A stretch of 64,000 bases of DNA from Eledone cirrhosa (GCA_964016885.1 OZ024740.1:245210001-245274000); one strand, 5' to 3'. Positions 20,278-31,956 are shown, counted from the stretch's first letter. Made by a program: numbers and translations. The notes: a model not told the origin generated them from the sequence alone.

Positions 20278-23200
20278 CTTTGAGTCTCAGTCATTGATGC
20301 TAGTTAACTGGAAAGTTTGTTGAAATGAATATCAAGCCACTACCTGCAGCCTCAGATATTCAGGACGTATCTGAGGGTTCTTGCTGTTCCCAGCAAGCAT
20401 GCCTTTTGAAATGTTCCAAAAAGCGTGAAGGGGCCAATTTTCTTTAACCATCCCTGGAAACTTTTTGAGGTAGTCCCTAGTGCGCCTATGACAATCGGGA
20501 TCACTTTGACTTCATGGCAGTTCCAAATCCTTTTTACCTCCCACTTTAAGTCCTGGTATCGGTTAATTTTCTCCCTCTCCTTCTCTTGCACTCTCGTGTC
20601 GAATGGGCAGGCCACATCCACAATCAGGCACGATCTTTTTTCTTTGTCCAAAACCACCAGGTCAGGTCTATTGTGTTCCAGTTTCTTGTCCGTCTGTATC
20701 CTAAAATCCCACACCACGTTCACATGATCGTTTTCTATCACCGACTCTGGCTTATGCTCATACCACTTCTCAGAATGTGGTAAATTGTTTACTTTGCATA
20801 GGTGCCAGTGGATCACCCTGCCCATCACATCATGTCTCCAGCCCTTATAGTGAGTCTGGGCTAGGTGTTTACACTCGGATACAATGTGAGCCACAGTCTC
20901 CTCTTTCTCTCCACAGATCCTGCACAGTGGGCTAGCCTCCTCCTTGTAAATGTGGTGTTTCAACCACTTCGTTTTGAGGGCCTGCTCTTGCGCAGCCATT
21001 AGCATTCCTTCTGTAGCCTTTTAAGGTCTCCTCTTTTCAACCAGTTCCATGTCTGTGGATCTCTAAATTCAGTTTTCTCAAAGAAGGTACTATGAAGGGA
21101 TTTTTCCTGAAGGCTGCTCTTTCTCCTTGATGTTATTTCCTCCTTGGACATCCCCTGGCCTATTGTCCCCTCCTTCAGTACAGTTCTGAGCATTGGCTCC
21201 TTACTATCAGTCACGTATTTGTGTAGGTTGTTTTTCTCCATCTGAACACAGTCCTCTATGCTGATAAGACCTCTTCCACCCTCAGATCTCCTTAAGTAGA
21301 GTCTATCGACATCATTCCTCTTGTGGAACATATTGTAGATAGTCAATAGCTTCCTAGTCTTCCTATCTATTTCTTTTTGTTCAGCAACATTCCATCTCAG
21401 AATTCCCGCACTGTACCTAATAATAGACACAGCTCGAGAATTTACTGCACTTATGGCATTCCTACTGTTCAGATGTGACTTTAATACGCTCCTTACTCTC
21501 CGAAGGTATTCAGTTCTTATCAATTCCTTCATTTTTTTGTTCTTGATGTCATCAGCCTCCAGAACGCCCAAATACTTGTATCCTTCCTCAGAGTCAATTT
21601 CTTTTATCATCTCACCTGTTGGTATCTGGATTCCGTTACTTCTGCTCAACTTACCCCTCCTCGTCACAATGACTCCACACTTATTAATACCAAATTGCAT
21701 ACATATATCATTGCTGAAAATACGGACAGTGTCAACAAGCATATCCAACTCCTTCTCACTCTTCCCAAAGAGCTTAAGATCGTCCATGAAGAGGAGGTGA
21801 TTGATGGTAAGCCCCCCCCTTTCCCAACCTGTATCCTGCTCTCACTTTTCGCAGTACACTGGTCAGGGGCATCAGGGCAAACACAAACAACAGAGGGGAC
21901 AGACTATCTCCCTGGAAGATACCTCTCTTGATCTTCACGCTTCCCAAGGATTCTCCAGTTGATGTTAACTCTGTTTCCCAGGACTTCATACTTTTGCCCA
22001 ACAACTGCCTGATGTTATCTGCCACGAAAGAAGTCACGTGGTACAAAGGACCAGTTACTTATTGATAAGATGGTAATGAGGAATTGCAAGAGGAGACACA
22101 CTGGTCTTGCCATGGGATGGATAGACTACAAAAAGGCATCCCATGGCAAGACCAGTGTGTCTCCTCTTGCAATTCCTCATTACCATCTTATCAATAAGTA
22201 ACTGGTCCTTTGTACCACGTGACTTCTTTCGGCATCCTTTCTGTTCGTCCGGTAACAAGTTGTTTGTGTGGAGGTGATGGTAGATTTCCTCAGACATAAT
22301 GCTTGTCAACAGTTTCCACATTACGGACAGACATGTGATAGGTCTATAGTTGGTAACATCATTACCCTTGATTCGGTCTTTCATTATCAGAACTGTGGTA
22401 CCTTTTGTCACCACTCTGGTACCTCACCTGACATCAAGCAGTAATTGAACATGGTTGTCAGTTTTGGGTGGAGGGATGTTATGTTTTTAATCCAATACCC
22501 CTGCACACCATCTGGGCCAGGTGATTTCCAGTTGGTTAGTTTTTTGGCCTGCCTCTTAAGAGTTTCAACTGTGATACTCAAATCAGTTTGTTGGCGTGCC
22601 TGTTCACTGATCTCCTTCTGTACTGTCTCAATCCACACTGCCTGGTCATTATGTTTAACATCCTGCTCCCATATTCCTCTCCAGAATGTTTTAGTTTGTT
22701 CCGCCTCAGGGATCAAGTCGTTGCCTCTTTCTTTCCCTTCAAGCTGTCCAAACAGCATCTTCTGGTTGTTGTCGAACATGCGGTTCTGTCTATACTGGCT
22801 GACTCTGTTCTCGTATCGCCTGATTTTTGCACTCTTTGCTACAATGCGTTGCTTCAGTTCCCCTATGATAATATTTAGCTTTTTCCTCCTAGTTTTGTAC
22901 TTTATTTCCAGTCTATTTTTAGTGTCTATGTTTTTTAGTGTCCCATTCAGTAGGGACTCAAGCTTTCCAATGTCATTTCTCATTTCCCTGATTTGACCAC
23001 TCAGTCGTTTCTTCCACCAAGGCTCTGCTCTTTCTTGTCTGTTGTTTCCTCTCGCTTTTATACCAAGTAGTTTCCTCACCGTATTTGCTGTTGCTTTGAG
23101 GATATTGTTGCACTGGTGAAGGCTCCTCGCTTCAAGGTATGGGATGACTTTGTTTACCTTAGCTGTTGTTTCTTTTAACTTTTTCCTGTCTACAAATCTT

Positions 23201-23935
23201 AGGTTCATAGGTCTCCCACTATCATTGTTCAATTCATCTACCACTAAGTTTAGGATATCTACCAAATCTTGTCCTAGCCCGTCAGCATTCATCTCCTCAG
23301 TGGCCGTATCTCTGTTCCAGGTATTATTTATCTCAGCATTCAGATCATTGTCTGTTTCGGGTGGTTCCTCCGTTCTCTCGACCTCTTCACCTTCATTTCC
23401 CACTGGCTCGTTTGCCTGGCATACTCCACCCTCCATCTCCAAGCTAATCTCTCTGCCCAGTTCCTCCAGTTCCAGCTCGCTTATCCACCCATTAGTTCTT
23501 ATTACCCGAGCCTGCCCGGCCAGTTTTTGTTCATCTAGTTTAAATGGACCAATCTCGTTCCAGATGTTATGCATCCTTTTCCTATAGCCTTTTTCCTTGG
23601 GGTTACTCTTCAGGTAACATTGCATAACAGTTCTATTCAATTCTTTCGTCCAGTTGGTTCTGGTCCCTTTCCTTCTTCTTCCTCCGACACCAGCAGTATT
23701 TGGTTGACAGCCAGGTCCCTGCTGCGGAGCCAGGGAGCACCTGTTGGGTGAGAGTCTGTCACATGAAATTCTAGTCTCCATTTCACCGTTATTCGAACTG
23801 TTTAGGTTCGACATTTAAACACTCTTATCGAGGATTGGCGAATGTATGGTTACATAACCACCGGTGAATTACTTGTCTCCGGTGGTTTCGTCACTCCACG
23901 TGACTTTTGTGTGGCATTATCACGCTGTAGACGAA
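20278..23935 (-). mobile_element. R4/Dong-like RLE non-LTR retrotransposon, near full length, disrupted
   Basis: ORF pieces 23814-22408, 22414-22055, 22046-21774, 21787-20999, 21005-20352 give [73 protein letters not shown] and RPD..DVACP..K..Y (PD-(D/E)xK RLE). The 3' end abuts (TAA)n. Confidence 0.92.
22025..22231. repeat. 95-bp-arm inverted duplication inside the RT of the R4/Dong-like element
   Basis: 22025-22119 is the reverse complement of 22137-22231. The spacer continues the RT motif WIDYKKA on the + strand. Confidence 0.95.
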
Positions 23936-24166
23936 CCCAAACAAACAAACAAACAGGCAGAAAAAAACCCCAAAATGAATAAGCATAAGTTTCATTGTAA
24001 TGTAGTGTTTGAATGTCTGGCTTAGTTTTTCCCTTCCCTTCTCTGTCCGTCCGTTTGTTTTTCTCTTCATTTTTATTTCCTTTACGTTTTTCGTTGTTGC
24101 TGTGCTGCTTTGATTTTGATTTTTTATTTTTTGTTTTTTGTTTTTTTTATTATCATTATTTCGTTG

Positions 24167-24231
<65 letters not shown>

Positions 24232-24502
24232 TGAGTCTCAGTCATTGATGTTATTTAACTGGAAAGTTTGTTGAAATGAATATCAAGCCGCTACCTGCAG
24301 CCTCAGATATTCAGGACGTATCGGAGGGTTCTTGCAAGCATGCCTTTTTAAGCGTTCCAAAAAGCGGGGCCACAGTCTCCTCTCTCTCTCTCCACAGATC
24401 CTGCACAGTGGGCTAGCCTCCTCCTTGTAAATATGGTGTTTCAACCACTTCGTTTTGAGGGCCTGCTCCTGCGCAGCCATTAGCATTCCTTCTGTAGCCT
24501 TT
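24232..24502 (-). mobile_element. Short, internally deleted 3' copy of the same R4/Dong-like element
   Basis: Matches 20280-20435 joined to about 20890-21020. Long (ATT)n tracts on both sides. Confidence 0.88.
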
Positions 24503-24509
24503 ATTATTA

Positions 24510-24576
<67 letters not shown>

Positions 24577-24921
24577 CATTATCATTCGATATAAAACTCA
24601 CACACACACGCACACACATACACACACACACCCGCGCGCGCACGCACACACATATATATGAGTTGACTTTAGGTCCGAGTAGATAGCATTAAGAAAATTC
24701 TTATTGCAAGATGTGGCGACCTCACCTTGAACATTATACTGTTTGTGATGACGTGCAATATTTTACGTAATGCTTGTGATTGAGCATAAGACTATGCAAT
24801 TAGTGCTCGTAGACTGATATTGTATAGAAAGATAGAAAGATGTGTTAAAGAACGACTTCTAAATAAATTTATATCTTCTGATCTTTGGTTCTTGCCTAGT
24901 CATTTGTTTTTCCTGGTACTT

Positions 24922-24953
<32 letters not shown>

Positions 24954-25014
24954 CCATCTATCTATCTATACCTATCTATCTATCTATATATATATCTATA
25001 TATCTATCTAGCTA

Positions 25015-25049
<35 letters not shown>

Positions 25050-25051
<2 letters not shown>

Positions 25052-25400
25052 TAGAAAGTGAGTTTTTTTACAAAATGAAAAAAAAAACGAAACGTCCTAC
25101 ACGAGTGAAGGTATAAGGAAAAAAGATAAAGTCGAAAATACAACTAGAGTCTTTTTAAGAATATTTATTTGCTTCCTTTACCGGTTTCGCAGTTCTTGTG
25201 CTTTTCAAAAGTAGAATTGGGATGGAGGGTTTGTGTTTTTATCGCATCTGGTTGGTATTCGGATGTTACTTCTGTTTTATATGGAAAAAGGTGGCTCGAA
25301 ATGCTAGGTCTTTAGAAAAGTGATTTGGTTGGTTGAAGACTGTCACGCCAGTTCGCGTTACAAAGTTCTTATTATATTTGCCTTTAAAAAAAGGCGGGGG
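25050..25400 (-). mobile_element. Probable PLE pLTR remnant with degenerate HHR (about 25171-25215)
   Basis: Minus strand reads TTGAAAA-GCA..TGC-GAAA-CCGG-TA followed by AATAAA, next to (TA)n. The core is mutated. Confidence 0.35.
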
Positions 25401-25689
25401 GGGGGGGGAGTCAGATTGTTTTTTCATATATGAGTGAAATTTGGTTGGTTGATGCAGTCACGTGATTAAGTACGTTTGTGTTTGAGCTTCAAAAAAATGG
25501 CTCAAAATGTTTTTTTTATAAATGTAATTTAATTGGTTTATAAATGAAATTATGACTGTCACGTGAACAAGTACATTAAATTTCGCGCCCGTATGTTGGA
25601 ATTTTTTTTGTAGCCATTTAGAGAATGTTGTGCCAAACAAAAGATAATGGTCAAGAAAAAAGGGATGGGGAGAATTGTTCTGTTTCAGT

Positions 25690-26432
25690 GAGTATGGCTA
25701 ATGTGTGTAGATTCCATTTTTATTTCTATGTTCTCTAATTTACCCTTATGTTCTATTTTAGCATGTTGGTGGAGTACAGATGATTCTTTTCTATCTTGAA
25801 GTTCTCGCCAGTGTTCATTTAACCGTTCTCCTATACTACGTTCTCCTATACTACATGCTAAAATAGAACATAAGGGCAAATTAGAGAACATAGAAATAAA
25901 AATAGAATCTACACACAGAAAAGATGCAATGTTTAGACAAATCACAGAGGCAATAAACATAAATGAACTCCAACCAAAATTAACTAGAAAACATGAGTGG
26001 AACAGCAACATCACAACTTACAATTAATGACAAAATTAAAACACACACACACATAGAACAAACAACCAACCTGTAACATGTAAATAAACAAATAAGTAAA
26101 CAAATATAAACACACACAGACACCCGGATGTAACACATGCGCAAACTAAGCACGCAACACACACAAAAACAAGATGGCGTAGGACAGAACAAAGGAGAGG
26201 CATAAAAACAAAGAAAAGAATCCCCAGTCACAGAATGTGTGACGAAAGAACTTTGACAATAGATGAGCAATCGTCCGGTTATGGAACCAACCAACCAACT
26301 GGAAATTTATAAATTCTTAAATTTATAAATTTAATTGGAGTGAAAGCAACTGGTGCGTGTGTTTCTTATTGGCAACATGACCCTCCCAAAGCATAACAAT
26401 ATCGGTTTCAACACACGTTTTCAGAAACGAAA
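25690..26432 (+). mobile_element. PLE GIY-YIG C-terminal fragment plus 3' tail, with 5' inversion
   Basis: Minus strand gives RSIGERLNEHW..SSVLHQHAKIEH and plus strand gives HAKIEHKGKLENIEIKIESTHRKDAMFRQITEAININELQPKLTRKHEW. Inverted arms at about 25702-25766 and 25853-25917. Tail homologous to 41715-41955. Confidence 0.75.
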
Positions 26433-26741
26433 TATATATATATATATATGATAATAATGGAGCTGCGGCGCTGCAAATGGGTTACATATGAAAAGGTTTG
26501 TCCTCATCAGTGGCCTTCCAACCGTCGTAGGCATTTCGTCGCATTAAAGGCCATATATCTCAGGTTGGTGCGAGCAACGGCTAAAAAAAGTCGTTGGGAC
26601 ACGTAAATAAAGGGACGCTAGGGTAAACAAACAAAATGGTTTAAGCAACAGAAAGTGATGAAGAAGAAAGAAACAAGTCCCAGATTTCTATGAATATAAA
26701 TTCGGTGGAATCGTGAACGAGAGAATAAAGACCATCAAACC

Positions 26742-26804
<63 letters not shown>

Positions 26805-26810
<6 letters not shown>

Positions 26811-26926
26811 GGCTACACAACAGTTAGTTCACCATACCGAGAACAATTGTTTCACCGAGCTGAGGAGACGCTAAGATAAAACAATTGTTCTCTGTATGGT
26901 GAACTAACTGTTGTGTAGCCACTTCT
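26805..26926. repeat. 48-bp-arm hairpin enclosing an HHR-like motif (26854-26895)
   Basis: AGAAGTGGCTACACAACAGTTAGTTCACCATAC..AACAATTGTTT and its reverse complement. Internally ACCGAG-CTGAGGA-..-AAAA-CAATTG-TT-CTCTGT; the opposite arm preserves GAAACAATTGTTCTCGGT. Confidence 0.75.
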
Positions 26927-26988
26927 ACCCAACTCTTCCCATGGACTGAGTGCTCTACCACTACGGATATTACCTTCCAGTGTTCTAC

Positions 26989-27047
<59 letters not shown>

Positions 27048-27322
27048 TATAAGTATAAAAGTGTGTGGCAGTGAGGGCATATATGTGTGTGTGTGTGTGA
27101 GTGTGTTTGTAGGCACCTGACCATTAGCCATTGTTAGTTTAAGTGAACCTTAAAAATAAGGAGAGATACCCCCAGTTTGAACTTGTCTATAGAATTTTTT
27201 CTGCCTTTGTTACTCTAAATATAGTTTTTAAAGAATTCCCTTTTCTTTAAACCCATCAACCAATGACCTCCACCCATCCCAATCACCACCCTCTCTTACC
27301 ACCAGACATTACTTGGACAGTC

Positions 27323-27373
27323 GGCTTCCTGATGATTTCTCCCGAATGAAACAGTTCTAGTCCTGTAGAAGCC
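27323..27373 (+). ncRNA. Type I hammerhead ribozyme (family B)
   Basis: GGCTTC-CTGATGA-TTTC(TCCC)GAAT-GAAA-CAG(TTCTAGTC)CTG-TA-GAAGCC: perfect 6-bp stem I, intact core, closed stem III, GUA triplet. Confidence 0.85.
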
Positions 27374-27376
27374 ATT

Positions 27377-27426
<50 letters not shown>

Positions 27427-28734
27427 ATACACTTCGTTTTTGTATTACTTGTACAAGATTCTTGATGGGAAATTGTGCGTTGAAACAGATATTCTTATAT
27501 TTTGGAGGGTCATGCTGCTAATTAAAACAAAAGATTAATTTGATGATTAATTAACTGAGTGATAGATTAATTATCTGGTTAATTATAAAACCGAATTGAA
27601 ATTCAACCGGTGTGTGTTATAATTTGCAGTTTGAACCGCCCCAAAAGCTCAATTGTGTGTGTTTATGTTTTTGTGTGCAAGCCTTTTTCTTCTTTGTACA
27701 TCTGATTCACCCTGTCTGTTTTGTGTCGTAGTTTCGTACATCTAATTCCTCCCGAGGAAAAGTTGTCCATTCATCAACAAGCCTTTTTTATCTTTATTCT
27801 TCTGATTCATTTTGCCAATATTCCGCTATTGATTTTCTTTGTTTTTGAAGTCTTTCTTGTCGCTACTCTTCACTTTTATTCTCCCTTTGTAGCTGCTTTG
27901 CCATAGCTTTATGAGATTTCTTCCAAATGAAGGTCTGTACTTCGGGGGAATGTTTTGCTTGCAGCTTCAAATGCCACCATTTTTTATGTAAATTTTTTTA
28001 ATTTTTCTGTTATTTTTCAGTTATTTTCCGAAACAACCAAAAAACTAAAGGAAAACTAAAGTAGTGTTTCCATAAATCAAATAAAGAACCGAAAATTTAA
28101 GGAGAGGTTGACACACACATACACACGGAGATATTTAAGAAAATGTGGCATATATACGCACACACGGAAAGATATGAAGAAGAGAGTGGTAAGAAACGCT
28201 CAGGGGAGCTGGACAGCAACAGGTCTTCAGAGAAGAGACCCCACCTCCTCACGCAAGTGTTTCGGCCATTAACTTCTTATATTCTACGTTGGCCAGGCCG
28301 AATCCAGGGAGAGAAGAGCGGGTTTTGATATTAAAGCAGGCGTGTCTTGTTGCTTTATGTTGATTGAAGCGTTTCGGTCACTTGTTTTAGTCGTACCTCC
28401 TTTCATGCAGAAGTGAGAGAGAGGGAGATGTTCAATACTGAAGCAAAAGTGTGTTTGTGGCTTTATTGTCGGCTACTATGTTGAACGTGTATCGCTCACT
28501 TTCTTCGCTTTCTTTATTTCTGTCTCTCTTGTTAACTTACCTGCTTAGTTTCATCTTTGGCTTTCAGTGCTCTATTTAATTTTACGCGTGGTATCTCTCA
28601 AATTCTCACTTCTTCATTCTCTCTATTTTCCATCATATTCCATCGCAGTGAAAACGATAACTCATGACGACCAAAGATTGACAAAAAAAAACAACATATA
28701 AACAAATGAATATAGGTTTAAGTGAGATGAAGAA

Positions 28735-28860
28735 ATAAATAAAGAAAGGGAGAAAGAAAGAAGGGAAGGAAGAAGAAGAAAGAAAGAAAGAAAGAAGAAG
28801 AAAGAAGAAAGAAAGAAAAGGAAAAAAAAGGAAAGAAAGAAAGAAAGAAAAAGAAAAAAA

Positions 28861-28921
<61 letters not shown>
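28735..28921 (+). repeat. Compound (AAAG)n/(AAG)n purine tract
   Basis: Directly visible. Confidence 0.9.
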
Positions 28922-29914
28922 CGTAAATGAGTCACTGTGCATAATAAGTGGAGGTAAGGAGATGAATAATAAACGAAAGAAAACCGAATGAAAGATGAAA
29001 TAAATGGAGCAAGGCTTGAAGCAAAAACAAATCTCAAAATTTTTGACGGGTACTACGCTAGTATGTGACGTGTGTGTGAGTGTGTGACTGTGTGTGTGTG
29101 TGAGTGTGTGTGTGTCCACGTACATATGACGTGACTACGCTTCTATGTATATGAATGCATGATATTTTGGGCACATTATGGTATCATATGTGTAAATTGT
29201 TCGCTTTGACAACAAGGTTACAGAAAGAACTGTGTCAGAATCTAGTTCGTGACATCACTGGCTGAAATGCTTAACATTTACATAGGTCCTCTTTCTCTTT
29301 CTCTCTCTCTCTTCCTCTCTCTCCCTAATTGCAGTTGCTCACTTAGATGGCAACATTTTCTTCTTCCATTCTCTTTTTTTTATTTGGGGGGGGGGGGTCT
29401 TTTATGTTTTCTATAAATTCTATAGCCACCCATCTCATCGCCGTTCTCGTAGCCATCCCATTGCCATGCCAAGCCACCCTATATCATCATACTTGAGGAA
29501 GCGGCCTCGTTGTTTGGCTGCTCTGTGTGTGTGTGTGTGCCCTAAATAATAACTAAAGGAATGTTAAATTATAGCTGCTGTTTTATGTGGAATGGACTCT
29601 GTGAATGACTAACTAATGTGTATGTGTCTGATTGTGTGAACGTGTGTATGTGTGCGATGTTTTTGTTTGTACGTTTATTTATTTATTGCTTCTTCTGTTG
29701 TTTTACAGCAAATGTTAACAATTGAAACATATAAGCGAAGATGACAACACATTCTTTAGTTTTTATGTAATAGCGGATGGAGGATTAATGGAGGCAGTGA
29801 TGTAGTTATAGTTGCTGTTGTTGTTACTCAAACCAATCCTAATCAAGGAGACCTAGAATTAAAGGTGTTCCAGTCATGACCATCCTGTCTAAAAATGAAC
29901 TAACTCGAAAGTAC

Positions 29915-30052
29915 TAATAATTGTTTCTACTTTTGGCACAAGGCCAGCAATTACCCAGTACATTACTGGTACTTTATTTTATCGACACCGTAAGGATGAA
30001 AGGCAAAGTTAACCTCGACGGGATTTGAACTCAGACCGTAAAGGGACGCAAG
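29915..30052 (-). mobile_element. tRNA-derived SINE (family S1)
   Basis: Reverse complement of the S1 consensus, including the GTAGAAACAATTATT tail. Confidence 0.8.
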
Positions 30053-30244
30053 TACTAATAATATACAAATGAGTATGTCTTTTTTTTTACTTTATTTTGA
30101 TGGAAGATAATATTAGAGAAAAGCAATGAAGAATGACATGATGCTGAATGAAAACAAAAGCAATATATACAAACACACACGCACACAGACCACAACTACA
30201 TATGGAATGATACGCGATGTCCCCCCCCCCCCCCCCCCCCACAC

Positions 30245-30628
30245 ACACACAGCCTCGGTGGTCAGAATGGAGAAGGCGTTTCCCCGGACAGCAAGGGAGA
30301 CGCGCTGGAAAAGCCACTCCAACTCGTGGGGCTCACGCCCTGCGGCTGGCCAGCTCAGCGCCTATGGTGGTGAGTAGGGAGGTAGCCCTAGGGCCGAGGA
30401 CACCAGAAGTCTCCACTGCCAGGGGTACAACCGCAAACCTGTCGGAGAGCGACCAGTATTTGAAGAGGTTGGCCCCCTCAGCCCGACGTGCAACAGAACC
30501 CGGGTTAATCGCAGACTGCGCCAGGTTGCGGCTGCAGAAAGTGTCGGTGCAAGTGGCATCCCAGACGAGGGGTTTGCCACCGCGGAACGGGAAGATGGTG
30601 ATGCCATCTGGCCTTTTGCCGTACATTG
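30245..30628 (-). mobile_element. CRE-like RLE non-LTR retrotransposon 3' fragment
   Basis: GKRPDGITIFPFRGGKPLVWDATCTDT..KY..L...FAVVPLAVETSGVLG..WLFQRVSLAVRGNA is the typical CRE-clade restriction-like endonuclease end. Confidence 0.85.
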
Positions 30629-30754
30629 GTTTATAAAGCCTTCAATTACGTATTTCCTTACGATCGTTTAGTGAAGTATATATTCTCTAAACGAGACAAC
30701 AGTAGTCGAAAATAGATTAAAGATATAACAAATTTATTGAAATTCAAATTATAT

Positions 30755-31270
30755 AATGTAAGTATGTATACGTACATACATATATGTATACAGACGTACA
30801 GTAGTATGTGTATATATATACATACATGCACACGTATATATATGTACGTATGGGTTTACCAACATTTATTATAATATTCGGTTTGTTTGTAAACAAACAT
30901 ACCGAATTAAGCTGTACAGTGTCCGGTAACCATCGTCGCCCTTTTGTTCAACACTGACAAAGGAACGATGAACTAGTTTCAAGCTTATTAGCTATCGTCA
31001 GCATCGTATACCTTCCTGTCAGATGATTGAACGTTTGAAAGTATATACTTTCCTTATGCATATTAACGGCTGAGCAGCCTAATTTGCATATCGAGTGAGT
31101 TAGTCGGCCGGGCGTACCGAAAACGATAAATGGAAAAGAATTAAATGAAATTTCATTTCTCACTCTTAGTACGGCTGTTACTTAAATGTAAGTATGTATA
31201 CATACATACATATATGTATACAGACGTACAGTAGTATGTATGTATATACATACATGCACACATACATGCA
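30755..31270 (-). mobile_element. HHR-containing repeat family A copy 2 (about 1.2 units)
   Basis: Reverse complement of the 1-592 unit. The segment TAAGTATGTAT..CAGACGTACAGTAGTATG is repeated at about 30760 and 31189. Confidence 0.8.
30965..31007 (-). ncRNA. Minimal type I hammerhead ribozyme (family A)
   Basis: ACGATG-CTGACGA-TAGCTAATAAGCTT-GAAA-CTAG-TT-CATCGT on the minus strand (GUU triplet). Confidence 0.8.
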
Positions 31271-31274
31271 CAAA

Positions 31275-31548
31275 ATTAAGTAATGATAAAAGGGGGAAGG
31301 GATAAAGAAGGGCAGATCTGGCTATATAACAAAGGACTATAAATGCTATAAATGAGAGAAAAAAAGGAGGGAAAGATGGAGGACTATTAGACAACGGAAG
31401 AAAGAGATGGGAAGGGGAGAGGGTGACAGATTCTACCTTAGTCGGGGCGGTGTTTCGCCTGCGCCTTGCGGACAAAACTGCAAAGGCATTTCCACGGAGA
31501 ATAGCTAGCGATACCCGTTGCAACAGCCACCCCAACTCGCCGGTCTAC
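31275..31548 (-). mobile_element. CRE-like element 3' end fragment
   Basis: VGWLLQRVSLAILRGNAFAVL matches the C-terminal motif of the copy at 30245-30628. Confidence 0.7.
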
Positions 31549-31680
31549 TTCCTCAGACGGGTTGTTGACGTTATTCACAAGATTCTTCAATTTGCAGTGA
31601 AATATATAGATTTGACATCTTTTCATGTCTATGTACTCAATGTGTAAGTTTATATCCACATTTACAGAGTCAGCTAACTC

Positions 31681-31721
<41 letters not shown>

Positions 31722-31884
31722 AATAAACCACCGGAGCGTTGAGTGGACTGACATATTTTCTTTAAATATTGAAAATCTCGAACGCAGGAAGTAGCTGTAA
31801 ATGCAGTCAATTGTTATAAATAACAACTTTAAAAAAATCGAGTAAAATACCACCTTACAGACGGAAAGAAAATGGGCAGCAGCC

Positions 31885-31956
31885 GCTACAGCGAATCGAA
31901 CTTTGTACCTCTCAAATTCTTGATGAGCGCTCTGTACCATTGAGCTGAACGACCCC
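31885..31956 (-). pseudogene. tRNA-like sequence (pseudo-tRNA or SINE head)
   Basis: GGGGTCGTTCAGCTCAATGGTACAGAGCG..AGGTACAAAGTTCGATTCG has A-box and B-box motifs. Anticodon arm and acceptor stem are degenerate. Confidence 0.5.

Noticed and set aside
26455-26575. CTGATGAGG on the minus strand suggesting another hammerhead
   Set aside because: No GAAA or stem III at the required position.
27880-27985. Possible MULE transposase remnant (MVAFEAASKTFP..)
   Set aside because: Too short and interrupted to support.
28530-28660. Strong minus-strand donor AAGCAG|GTAAGT near 28540
   Set aside because: No matching acceptor, and upstream frames contain stops.
30670-30740. GAC(AACAGTA)GTC-GAAA hammerhead-like fragment
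   Set aside because: The core reads CTAAACGA and stem I is unconvincing. At most a dead remnant.
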